Of a stretch of 64,000 nt of DNA, positions 40,793 to 49,830 are shown piece after piece (within the stretch, counting starts at the first letter, position 1; the number at the start of each line of letters is the position of its first letter). Both the position numbers and the translations under genes were made by a program. The notes beneath the pieces were generated by a model. It was not told the DNA's origin, did no database searches, and saw only the letters and a list, made by a program, of their open reading frames with translations. Location: the sequence record OR805293.1; one strand, written 5' to 3'.

Positions 40793-40977
40793 AATTCAAT
40801 ATATTTAAATTGCAAAGAAGATGTCACATTATAAATTGTCATTTTTATGACATTCTTAGATTTTCAAAACCTACATATTTTCGAGATGCTGATAGAATAA
40901 CTATATTTTCATTAATAGGTACTAATAGTATCAGAATTTACGAGGATATGTATAAAGGATATGCACAAACCATATGA
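40789..40977 (+). CDS. short array-like protein
   Basis: NIFKLQRRC start. Confidence 0.45.
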   Translation: MKFNIFKLQRRCHIINCHFYDILRFSKPTYFRDADRITIFSLIGTNSIRIYEDMYKGYAQTI

Positions 40978-41258
40978 TTGAAATATTAATATTTTCGAGT
41001 GCTAGTGATTATATTAGTATAAGACATGATATGGCACGGCTATATAATCTTAATGGTGTTAGTGAATTAATATTTGTATCAAAACCATACAAATATATTA
41101 TATTAACTAATTTAAAAAATCATATAGGTATATTCTGTATTTCAAATATAATAAGCAAAAGGGTGATGGGAGATATTACTAGTAACGAATGTTGGGCTTA
41201 TCCTTGGCCTCCAGATACTGGCATAGATGTATATATTAATTTCCTGTATAAAAATTGA
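40974..41258 (+). CDS. array small protein
   Basis: EILIFSSAS ... GIFCISN. Confidence 0.55.
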   Translation: MIEILIFSSASDYISIRHDMARLYNLNGVSELIFVSKPYKYIILTNLKNHIGIFCISNIISKRVMGDITSNECWAYPWPPDTGIDVYINFLYKN

Positions 41259-41289
41259 TGAGCTTTCTACTAAACACACAATATAACCA

Positions 41290-41317
41290 TAGACAAATAA
41301 GTACATTATGCTAATAT
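41290..41317 (+). promoter_or_regulatory. sigma70-like promoter
   Basis: TAGACA-16-TAATAT with extended -10 TG. Confidence 0.65.
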
Positions 41318-41323
41318 ATGCAT

Positions 41324-41740
41324 GCTTACTAAACAGTTACTTGTTAAGTAAGTTAAAAAGTCTGTAACAGTGATGTTACAGGATACACAGGCAAATACGG
41401 TTGGAAGATGCTGTGTAAAGAACAAATATCCAGCTCATTCCTAGGCATTATAGCCTACACAATATACTTGAATGGGCATAAAAACTTCCAAAGAACCTTC
41501 GAAATTTTCTCATAGGATAGTGTATTAGAAGGAATGCACTATCAGGAAGCTGTAGGTGATGGTTGCTATCCCAGACAGTCCTTTCTAAAATACTTTAATA
41601 TGATATAAAGTTCTATGCAACCGTATACATGCTGTAAGATATTAGATTACACCATGTATTAAACGTAAAAGCAAAACCTTCAGTTAGTAATCTCGCAGTG
41701 AAGGGGGTAGGTGAGTGCTACCCAAACTCAACAAACAACT
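41324..41740 (+). ncRNA. candidate structured ncRNA or long 5' leader (ncRNA-1)
   Basis: No ORF >=60 aa; promoter; multiple stems (see findings). Confidence 0.5.
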
Positions 41741-41766
41741 AATGGTCTAGAAAAGGTATAGTATAC

Positions 41767-42174
41767 ATGCAACATACTCACATTCGTTTCTACAACGAAG
41801 AAACTCAACAGATCGATAACCGCCGTGGCGCTACTGTTGCCTGGGAAACCGCCGGCAACAAGATCCGTATTTCCGTAGCAGCATGTTCGGAAATGGATAA
41901 CTTCAACCGCAAGACCGGACGTGAACATGCTGCTAGCCGTCTCGAAAGTGGCGACTACATCGAGTTTAACGGCACCGAACTTCTTAATGCACAGATGTCT
42001 TCTGTAAGTCATGTGCAGTCTGAAGGTCTCGTTCGTGCTATGTGCTTCTTGCTAGCACAAGGCAAAGGCGATCTATATTACCCGGCAAGCGAAGGTCAGC
42101 TTCGCAGCGAAGCCGAGTGCAATAGCTACAACGCTCTCGAGTACCTGAAACACCAGATGGGCATTCATCAGTAA
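41767..42174 (+). CDS. GC-rich hypothetical phage protein
   Basis: AAGGT RBS; motif AACSEMDNFNRKTGR; host-like codons. Confidence 0.85.
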   Translation: MQHTHIRFYNEETQQIDNRRGATVAWETAGNKIRISVAACSEMDNFNRKTGREHAASRLESGDYIEFNGTELLNAQMSSVSHVQSEGLVRAMCFLLAQGKGDLYYPASEGQLRSEAECNSYNALEYLKHQMGIHQ

Positions 42175-42187
42175 GTATTCGGCCATT

Positions 42188-42230
42188 CGGAATTGCGATT
42201 TAGGTTTTGGAATTCTAAATCGCAATTCCG
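42188..42230. terminator. 16-bp perfect hairpin
   Basis: CGGAATTGCGATTTAG-11 nt-CTAAATCGCAATTCCG. Confidence 0.55.
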
Positions 42231-42415
42231 GTTTCCAAATTCAATTTTAGGCACAAACTCGGATCCGCATTTGCATTTTGCATTTACATTTTGTGTTCTG
42301 AGTGTATATGCAAAATGCAATCGCGCATGTTGTCGATGCATTGGCTAATCTTTTATTTTTGATAGTTTAGAAAAGATTAAGAACAGAAACTATCTGTAAA
42401 TTAATAAAAATAACA

Positions 42416-42444
42416 TTTACATTACATACACATATGCATATACT
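42416..42444 (+). promoter_or_regulatory. sigma70-like promoter
   Basis: TTTACA-17-TATACT. Confidence 0.75.
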
Positions 42445-42450
42445 ATATAC

Positions 42451-42728
42451 AAGTTATGCGCTGTTGCATACGTAAATACCTCCTATGTTGTTTAGATATG
42501 TCGATTCTGGTATAACCAGATAGACCTAAGGATGATGCTAGTGATTCCTTAGTATTGTATATTCTAGCTGAGTATAAAGAGTAAGGGGCTTTATACAAAT
42601 AACAATTCCCTAGGCAAGATATACCGCTCCGTTGTGCTGACGAGCATAATTTGCCCAGATACAGAGCACGTGACTGGTCTGAGGAGCATTTATATCAGAA
42701 AGGCAGACTTATGTTTGCCTTTCTTTTT
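42451..42728 (+). ncRNA. candidate ~275-nt structured ncRNA (ncRNA-2)
   Basis: Bounded by promoter and terminator; no credible ORF; several stems and a possible pseudoknot. Confidence 0.65.
42697..42728 (+). terminator. intrinsic terminator
   Basis: AGAAAGGCAGAC-ttat-GTTTGCCTTTCT followed by TTTT. Confidence 0.85.
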
Positions 42729-42742
42729 GAGCAAATATTCTC

Positions 42743-42786
42743 TTATTCATTTCCTTATTCATTTCCTTATTCATTTCCTTATTCAT
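42743..42786 (+). repeat. 12-bp tandem repeat TTATTCATTTCC x3.7
   Basis: Direct reading. Confidence 0.9.
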
Positions 42787-42790
42787 CTCT

Positions 42791-42930
42791 ATTTCATTTG
42801 TTATTGCAAATAAGAATTAGTCTTATTTGCGTTTGTAATTTCATTTGTTATTGCAAATAAGAATTAGTCTTATTTGCGTTTGCAACGAAAAAGAATATGC
42901 AAATAATAACTAATCTTATTTGCATTTGCA
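42791..42930. promoter_or_regulatory. cluster of three palindromic boxes (GCAAATAAGA-N5-TCTTATTTGC)
   Basis: 45-bp perfect direct repeat 42791-42835/42838-42882, third box at 42898-42924. Confidence 0.75.
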
Positions 42931-43095
42931 CTGCCTATTATATGGATTGGTAGCATACTTGGAAATGGATAGTAAATAAGTAGTTGATTTGTTTATAAAT
43001 TTTAATTCTATATCGTACTGATTGACCTTGCTATATATAGCTCGCGCGCGTATACAAGATGGTAAAAAATAATTTAAAAATATTTTAAAAAATGC

Positions 43096-43219
43096 TTGAC
43101 TTTCCATTACTACGACCTTAAAGTGCGAACTGTAGACGCAGTGTGTAGAGCGCTACATAGTAAGCAACGCAGAAAGTAAACAAAAAATGCTTGACGCAAT
43201 GCAAACTAGGCTCTACACT
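43096..43219 (+). promoter_or_regulatory. tandem sigma70 promoters
   Basis: TTGACT-17-TAAAGT (43096-43124) and TTGACG-17-TACACT (43191-43219), both preceded by AAAAAATGC. Confidence 0.75.
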
Positions 43220-43302
43220 GTATACAAGCTTAAGGGGTAAGTGCCCCGAAAGTGTAGTAAGTAAACAACATAATCCTTCCATCAGCTACAGAGGTATACA
43301 AC

Positions 43303-44007
43303 ATGTCCGTACATATCACTCGTCAACGTACCGACAAACAGCACGTCCTGGCACTGGCAATCAACGGCGTGGTCATCGGCCAGACTATGGCTACTTACAC
43401 CACCCCGAGCAAGCGCACCTGGTCGGCGACCGCTGAAGTCGAACTGGCAGACGGCACCGTCGTACAGTTCGAGCAGAAAGAAGTGTTCAGCGCGATCCGC
43501 ATCACCCGCGAAATCGAGCAGGCGCTCGACGGCAAGGAACTGGCGGCCAAGTACACCCCGGAACCGAAAGTTCCCGGGCAGAAGGGTCCGAAACCGCTCA
43601 CCGACGAAAGCCGGCTCAGCAACGCGATCGCGATCGTCAAGGCGGCCATCACCCACACCGGCTTCGACGAAGCTACCCTGGTGTTCGACGGGGTCGACAA
43701 GGCCAACTTCGAGCAGAACAGCACCTCCGTCGGCAACAAGCTGCGTCGCCTGGGCTTCGTCTTCGAACTCGGCGCCGGCAAGGCGAATAGCGGCAAGGGC
43801 TTCCTGATCAACCGCAAAGCGCAGGCCGAGGCAGAAGCTGCCGAACGCAAGGCCAAGCGCGATGCCGAGAAGAAGGAACGCGAAGAAAAAGCGGCGGCTG
43901 CCAAGCGCGAAGCTGACGAACGCAAGGCCAAGCGCGAAGCCGAACGCGCTGAAAAGGTCGCTGAAAAGAACGCAGCGATCGCCGGGGCAGCGCAGGAAAG
44001 CAAGTAA
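43303..44007 (+). CDS. very GC-rich protein with Ala/Lys/Glu/Arg-rich C-terminal tail; paralog of 62563..63018
   Basis: GAGGT RBS; host-like codons; shared NGVV.GQ...VQF.Q..VFSAIRI domain. Confidence 0.9.
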   Translation: MSVHITRQRTDKQHVLALAINGVVIGQTMATYTTPSKRTWSATAEVELADGTVVQFEQKEVFSAIRITREIEQALDGKELAAKYTPEPKVPGQKGPKPLTDESRLSNAIAIVKAAITHTGFDEATLVFDGVDKANFEQNSTSVGNKLRRLGFVFELGAGKANSGKGFLINRKAQAEAEAAERKAKRDAEKKEREEKAAAAKREADERKAKREAERAEKVAEKNAAIAGAAQESK

Positions 44008-44022
44008 TTGCCCAACTGCGCC

Positions 44023-44052
44023 GAAAGGGGAGCAAATTGCTCCCCTTTCTTC
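44023..44052 (+). terminator. intrinsic terminator
   Basis: GAAAGGGGAGCA-aat-TGCTCCCCTTTC. Confidence 0.85.
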
Positions 44053-44620
44053 ATGACCATATAATCTATATACTACTGTGTCTTTAACTATATTTTCTAT
44101 ATCAGCTAGTTTGTATGCAATAACTTGGTATTCTATGCCAGCGACACAATGCTGTTATATAGACATAATAACACGCGACGCTGATATTTTTATAACCTAT
44201 CCATTTTATAATAACATACTTGTATCTAAAATTATTTCTAATACAATACCTGTAGGAAGTTATGAACACTATATTAGAGATATGTCGTGGAATAAGAAAT
44301 GATCATATAACAGTCAATAATTTTACATATGACTACTATCTAGAGGTAAACACACCTGTGTTTTCTTTAATGATAATTATTCCAACAGTTCCTATATTAG
44401 ACAATACTTGCATTACTTTTATAAAAAAGTATTAATATGAATATATTCTTTATATCAAACAGTCTATCTAATATACTATATCATAAAGCTTATGATATAC
44501 ATATGATAGATATTAATATTAATAATTCTACTTCTATTTGGCTTACATATTCTTTCAATATTGCTAAGGTATCATTTAAATATATTATCTAATTCATTTT
44601 CTTATTGTATGAATTGTAAT

Positions 44621-44689
44621 TGCAAATTACTCTTATTTGTAATTGCATATAAACAATCAGTTGCTATTAAAAGTATTTGCTGTTAATAT
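44621..44689 (+). promoter_or_regulatory. palindromic box plus sigma70 promoter
   Basis: TGCAAATTACTCTTATTTG, then TTGCTA-17-TAATAT (44661-44689). Confidence 0.6.
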
Positions 44690-44973
44690 ATTATATAACA
44701 GTGCAATTGATATTTTAAAATACAGTGTGCAATACATCTTACATGTATTAAAATTTGTGTGTTACTTATTTTGCATTAATGATTAATATACCTCTCATAC
44801 AGTACAAAACTCATACTATAAACAATTTGTTCGGGCGATCGTTCTCAAAATGTATACAAGTGCGAGATGACAATCTAATTTTACTTGTTAGTTTTTATAT
44901 AGAAGGTTCTAAATATAGAAAATTTGTATATAACAACCAATGCCTTGCCAATGCCTTGAAGGGATTTTAGTAT

Positions 44974-45240
44974 ATGCAAACAACAATCGTTAATGCCCTA
45001 AAATCTATTAATGTAAAGTATTCGGATATATTTTACACAAATGGTAATTTGTGTAATACCGTTACAATACGAAATATTCGCAAAAATGGTAAATTAGATT
45101 CGGCAGAACAAATCAATGTAGAATCAGTTGTGAGCAATTATTTGATTCAAAAAGATTTAAATTTGCCCTTTTCTATTCAGTGGGCAAATAATGATTGTTG
45201 CGAAGAGTATACTACACTTATTCTCTTCTTCAGAAAATAG
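44974..45240 (+). CDS. hypothetical protein
   Basis: ORF track. Confidence 0.65.
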   Translation: MQTTIVNALKSINVKYSDIFYTNGNLCNTVTIRNIRKNGKLDSAEQINVESVVSNYLIQKDLNLPFSIQWANNDCCEEYTTLILFFRK

Positions 45241-45413
45241 TGTATGATTAGATTAAAAAGATATGTTCAATTGCATAGCATATACAGATTGTCTTACTAT
45301 GCGCACAACATACATTTTAGCAAAACAAAGAAGATAATGCTTTACGTAGGAAACGCAGGTCCCGTACCCGTAACATGACAGTATATAGCGTTAAAATGTG
45401 CATTTTTTGCACG

Positions 45414-45533
45414 ATTTTGCGGGGTATGCGTTACAAGCAATACACACATACTGCTTTTAAAATGCATGCTTACATGCGCTTTGTAGGGGGTTTAAAACAT
45501 GCTTAAATTAGTTACCACTGTGCTATACAACGT
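45414..45533. other. GA/TC-free tract
   Basis: 120 nt with no GA and no TC. Confidence 0.8.
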
Positions 45534-45711
45534 CTGTGTAGCTTCGTTGATAATGATTGTGTTTGTATGTGGTATAAATTTAGTAATGTATATAGATAAC
45601 AATACTGCCAATAATCCAGTTGTTATCTTTATTTCCCTTCTATCGGTTATTTGGGGTGTTGCGCGGTTAAGCTATATGTTTGTTACTATCCAATTTCAGT
45701 CCAAGAAATAA
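45499..45711 (+). CDS. small membrane protein
   Basis: AGGGGG RBS; two TM segments. Confidence 0.65.
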   Translation: MLKLVTTVLYNVCVASLIMIVFVCGINLVMYIDNNTANNPVVIFISLLSVIWGVARLSYMFVTIQFQSKK

Positions 45712-45726
45712 AAGTATTGGTAACAT

Positions 45727-46068
45727 ATGATAGATAAAAATGGAAATACAGAAGACTTTGATTTTGATAATGCATGCACTATAACTGATCTGTCTGTTCC
45801 TCTTCAGCAAAAAATACAATCATATAAATTAAATAAAATATTGGTTATGGTTGCAATCCTTAAATATTCGAATATAAAACAAGAAATTGGATGTTTCGCT
45901 ATCATATGGGATCATATAATAAAAATAACTGTTGAAGTAAAATGCAATCCGTATGCAGAAACACACATACTCATGCATGCGCATGTATTTTCTAATTCCG
46001 ATTCATGTACTCATAGTGTATTGCTGAATTACAGAAACAAATATTTACCCACTAATTATTATAATTAA
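45727..46068 (+). CDS. hypothetical protein
   Basis: ORF track. Confidence 0.55.
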   Translation: MIDKNGNTEDFDFDNACTITDLSVPLQQKIQSYKLNKILVMVAILKYSNIKQEIGCFAIIWDHIIKITVEVKCNPYAETHILMHAHVFSNSDSCTHSVLLNYRNKYLPTNYYN

Positions 46069-46069
46069 T

Positions 46070-46474
46070 ATGGAAGATATTCTTAAAATTGCCAAACTAA
46101 TCGGGTACGTAAACATACATGCAAATAAACATTTTCAGTATGGTTTTAACAAAGATATGGAACATGTATGTGTTAGTGCTAAGAGTAGGACAAGTATAAA
46201 GGGAATAAAATACCTTTATGTAGTAATGAATATATATTATATATATTGCCAGCAAGAAAGTGTTGCTGTTATATTAAACGAAGTAAACACTGATGAAATG
46301 CCTGTATTAGACAATCTTTATGCTAAGCTCAATGATTTAGTTACACATAAATCTGTTATAAAATTTAAATATACAGAAATAACACAAGAACAAATAGATT
46401 TGTTGAATAATAGTGAAAGATATATAGTATATTTTGACTCTAATTTAGAATACGGAATAGCTTCGTTTTATTAA
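46070..46474 (+). CDS. hypothetical protein
   Basis: ORF track. Confidence 0.65.
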   Translation: MEDILKIAKLIGYVNIHANKHFQYGFNKDMEHVCVSAKSRTSIKGIKYLYVVMNIYYIYCQQESVAVILNEVNTDEMPVLDNLYAKLNDLVTHKSVIKFKYTEITQEQIDLLNNSERYIVYFDSNLEYGIASFY

Positions 46475-46487
46475 TTTTGAGGAATAT

Positions 46488-46685
46488 ATGAAAAAACAAA
46501 CAGGATTTACAGATTGGCCATTGATTAGTTTGGGTACAATTATTATCTTGTGTGTATGGGTACTAATTCTACAATACACAGAAATAAATGTACTAGAAGA
46601 AAAATGTAACAAAGTAGGTGGTATTTTTAATAACACCGTTTGCATACGGTCAGATGCAGTTATTAATTTAGATAAGGTAAAATAA
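46488..46685 (+). CDS. small membrane-anchored protein
   Basis: GAGG RBS; one TM segment. Confidence 0.7.
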   Translation: MKKQTGFTDWPLISLGTIIILCVWVLILQYTEINVLEEKCNKVGGIFNNTVCIRSDAVINLDKVK

Positions 46686-46686
46686 A

Positions 46687-46944
46687 ATGCCAAAACTTTA
46701 CGTTAACAAAAAACATGATACCATTTATCTTCAATTAGATCATTTCTCATCTAATACTGTATCTCCAATTAATTATAACGAAGATGTAGAATATGTAATT
46801 GATAGGATCCGTAGTCTGCATAAATCCGGCTTCGGATTTAGTCATATGAATACTCTGCAAGAATATCTTACGGCAAGAACAGAACAGGATAAGAAGTTTA
46901 AGCTTAAAGTAGAAGACTTCGAAGTAGTATCATTTAAGATTTAA
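46687..46944 (+). CDS. hypothetical protein
   Basis: AAGGT RBS. Confidence 0.75.
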   Translation: MPKLYVNKKHDTIYLQLDHFSSNTVSPINYNEDVEYVIDRIRSLHKSGFGFSHMNTLQEYLTARTEQDKKFKLKVEDFEVVSFKI

Positions 46945-46965
46945 AATTATACATAATCAAAGTAT

Positions 46966-46994
46966 TTGACATTTGATGTGTATACTAGTATAAT
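46966..46994 (+). promoter_or_regulatory. consensus sigma70 promoter
   Basis: TTGACA-17-TATAAT. Confidence 0.9.
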
Positions 46995-47000
46995 TTGCTC

Positions 47001-47625
47001 ATGCTGTCGTAACAGCTACTTTGTTCCATTCACAAGCAGCTCTGTTCCATTATTGGATATTGGTAGTAGAAACTATCCCCATCGTGCCCACAGTATTGTT
47101 CTGTTAGAGACAGGTTAAAGCATACAAAAGTGGGTTATTTAAATTATGATTTTGGGTGCTGAAGTATAGTCGTTAGACAAGGATATGTCTAATGTTGCAA
47201 AGGACTATGCGAAACGTATTATATATCTTATCCGATATTAGATATGTAATAAAAGGATGAAGCTCTGGTAGAAACAGAGTGTAATTCTTGCTTGTATTTC
47301 GCACGAATATACAAAAGAATATACACACCAACTTCAGCATTGATGTAAATTTTCTAGCATAGGTATATAACATCGATGTTCCGGGATTCATTGGAAACAA
47401 TGAGAGAATGATGTAATCTGAGGAAAAAGGTCCCCGCCTCGTCCATATTACGAAATGGTTTTGAGTACTTATGCCCTCGTCCTATATTGGCATATGGGTT
47501 TTATATTTCTCCCGTAATTACGGGAGAATATAATTTCCTGAACCTACTTGGAAATGGACGCTTCTGATGTGCTTCGCACATCATCTAAGGGCCTTCACCC
47601 TTACCGCTAAGAGCAAGAGCAAAAG
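47001..47625 (+). ncRNA. candidate ~600-nt highly structured ncRNA (ncRNA-3)
   Basis: Consensus promoter; no + strand ORF >=60 aa; nested multibranch stems (see findings). Confidence 0.7.
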
Positions 47626-47860
47626 CAATATAATTACAAATAAGAATTAATTATTGTTTAGTTTTATCGTAATGAATATGAAGATAAAAACTAAACAATA
47701 ATTCACATGTAGCGTTAGCTACTGTGAATATCTACTATAGTATTAACCATATATGTATACAAGGGCATAATATGACTATTACTTGTTGACAATATGATAT
47801 GTGTGTTACACTGCATAAATCAAATGTACATTACAATGTTTTGATTATTAGGAACATACT

Positions 47861-48445
47861 ATGTCATTTTCTTTGACTGCTGCTATTAATCGATACACTA
47901 GTCTAATAGAAGAAAATTTCAAAATAAATTATCTGAGGCAGTTTGAGTCAGGATATATCTCGTATAAATTACTAAGAAATAAAGCACTCCTGCATACCGA
48001 AATATCACATGGACTTGATTACATAAAGGTAATTATTTCTTATACATATGTAGAAAATAATGTCGAATTAGATATCAAATCATCTATTGTACATTCGTAT
48101 ATTTCTACTACTGATTGCTCTAAATTTAAAGTAGGAGATATAAAAACGTTTTACGATTCAGTTCCTCGTGGAAATGTTTTTAATATTAAAGAGAATACTC
48201 AAGTTAGCTGGTCAACAGCTAATATTGGAATTTACGAGAATCCGTTTAATCTTAATTATATCTCGAACAATAAGTATATTCGATTAGAAACAGGAGACAT
48301 ATTTGTCTATATTAATGATAGTATGGTAAATGAACTACAAGAACATATGCATGTTCATTCTATATGTACTAACAAAACAAAGAAGTTTTATGTAAGAGAA
48401 ATTGATTTGAATATGCTACATTACAAAAAACACATTATGGAATAA
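47861..48445 (+). CDS. hypothetical protein
   Basis: AGGA RBS; 194 aa. Confidence 0.75.
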   Translation: MSFSLTAAINRYTSLIEENFKINYLRQFESGYISYKLLRNKALLHTEISHGLDYIKVIISYTYVENNVELDIKSSIVHSYISTTDCSKFKVGDIKTFYDSVPRGNVFNIKENTQVSWSTANIGIYENPFNLNYISNNKYIRLETGDIFVYINDSMVNELQEHMHVHSICTNKTKKFYVREIDLNMLHYKKHIME

Positions 48446-48448
48446 AGA

Positions 48449-48997
48449 ATGAACTACAAAGCATTAGAAGTATTTTATTTCTTTCTAGAACATTACAAGG
48501 TAAATCCAGTAGCCGATTTGGAATTTAAATTCGAACCCTCGGGTAGTGATGATCAATCTAAGCGCAAGTCATCACTGTCGTTTGTTAAACGCATTGGTGT
48601 TCTTACTCCTTCATTTAACGAATTATACGAAGTTCAGAATCGATTCATGACAGATCTTCGAGAAATGAATGTAGTATATAAGATAGGATTTAATTATAAT
48701 GCATTCAACGTATTAGCACCTTTGTATGCAAGATATGAAAAGAATGTAAAAGAATTTCGTCGACTTTTAAAGAAATACTCAAATTTCAACGAAGTAACAG
48801 AATATTACAAAAAAGCCAACAACATGTTACCGGACAATGTATACGAAACAATGAAGGAAGATTTTTCATTGTTTAACGACGTTACTACAAAGAGGTTATC
48901 TGAAATAAAACTTTGTTATCCTAATTGGCAAGTATGGGATTCTGAACATCCCAACTGGGAAACAATAAATCAACTTTATAAGAATGCAAAGAAATAA
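48449..48997 (+). CDS. hypothetical protein
   Basis: 182 aa. Confidence 0.8.
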   Translation: MNYKALEVFYFFLEHYKVNPVADLEFKFEPSGSDDQSKRKSSLSFVKRIGVLTPSFNELYEVQNRFMTDLREMNVVYKIGFNYNAFNVLAPLYARYEKNVKEFRRLLKKYSNFNEVTEYYKKANNMLPDNVYETMKEDFSLFNDVTTKRLSEIKLCYPNWQVWDSEHPNWETINQLYKNAKK

Positions 48998-49006
48998 TGC
49001 ATATTT

Positions 49007-49117
49007 AGAAAGGGAATTATAATTCCCTTTCTTTTTGGATCTATATTAGCAAATGCTAATTAATCTTATTTGCACAAATTTAATCCTATTGTGTTTTCTA
49101 TTTTGAAGTGCTACATT
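49007..49117 (+). promoter_or_regulatory. terminator + palindromic box + promoter module
   Basis: Hairpin 49007-49036; box 49049-49075; TTGTGT-17-TACATT (49089-49117) with TG. Confidence 0.65.
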
Positions 49118-49155
49118 ACATGTAGTTGCATAAAACTATATACAGGAGAAATGAT

Positions 49156-49704
49156 ATGTGGGATATCAAAGAAGGGGATGATATCGAAGTCGAAGCAGTT
49201 ATGGATGAACGAAGCTATGAGTGGACCGGCAAGTTACGTATCATTCAGTATCGGACCCTTCAATCAGCTCAGTGGCGTGTTATTATCAATATAGTAGAAT
49301 TTTGGAGTCATTCTACTGAAAGTATACTGAACGAACTTGGTATAGAAGCTAAACACATCACTAAAGGATATGCTACACTTAGTATGGTTCGTTTCCCGGA
49401 TGTTGATTACCTATTTAGTGTAACACCCGATAATGCAGATTATGTAACTGTTAACCACAGTGCAGTAGATATTTCTGACAGTTGGTTTGTTGCAAAAAAC
49501 ATAAAAGCAGTTATGTATCATTTGGGATCTGAAATTCAGCTCACTCCGTGGTTTGTGCGTAAAGATAGTAGTGAGTCAAATTTCAATTGTATTGATCGAT
49601 TAGTAGCTCTAGTGAAAGAGAATACTGATGTTGACACGTATCAGTACATTAAAGTAGGTTGTCCTGAGGACAAGTCATTTTACTTTGCGTGGATAGACAA
49701 ATAA
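49156..49704 (+). CDS. hypothetical protein
   Basis: AGGAG RBS, ATG 49156. Confidence 0.75.
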   Translation: MWDIKEGDDIEVEAVMDERSYEWTGKLRIIQYRTLQSAQWRVIINIVEFWSHSTESILNELGIEAKHITKGYATLSMVRFPDVDYLFSVTPDNADYVTVNHSAVDISDSWFVAKNIKAVMYHLGSEIQLTPWFVRKDSSESNFNCIDRLVALVKENTDVDTYQYIKVGCPEDKSFYFAWIDK

Positions 49705-49830
49705 TTCGTTTGCTATACGTACTAATACGTTGTATACTGTTAGTACGTATAGTAGAAGTAACATATAACGTTTTGAGTTAAGGGAACCATAACATAAAAA
49801 AGAATTTGAATTGAGGTGCCCTACGAGTAG

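Larger units (their letters stand above)
25285..41258 (+). repeat. tandem array of divergent ~85-120 aa paralogs (ILxLQxxT family)
   Basis: Recurrent N-terminal M-D-[LF]-I-L-x-L-Q and second-half G-I-L-[HY]-L-Q-x-x-T motifs; same strand; coupled starts and stops. Confidence 0.8.

Noticed and set aside
25285-41258. Diversity-generating retroelement or retron as the source of array variation
   Set aside because: No reverse transcriptase and no template/variable repeat pair differing only at adenines; divergence affects all bases.
42630-42700. Hammerhead ribozyme (CTGACGA ... GAAA)
   Set aside because: CTGACGAG lies within the TGTGCT-GACG-AGCATA hairpin, and no stem II/CGAAAC/stem III arrangement follows.
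43282-44060. Long antisense or alternate-frame ORFs over GC-rich genes (also 2513-3022, 51847-53040, 62659-63044)
   Set aside because: Expected shadow ORFs of high-GC coding DNA; they lack RBSs, and the + strand frame has RBS, promoter and terminator.
47157-47215. Group I intron P7 (GACTA/TAGTC) or hammerhead core
   Set aside because: TAGTC precedes GACTA, the reverse of R-then-S order, forming a simple stem; the core reads CTGAAGT rather than CUGANGA; no flanking exons.
47418-47436. RNase P RNA (GAGGAAAGTCC-like)
   Set aside because: The sequence is GAGGAAAAAGGTCC, and the matching 3' P4 strand and other conserved regions are absent.
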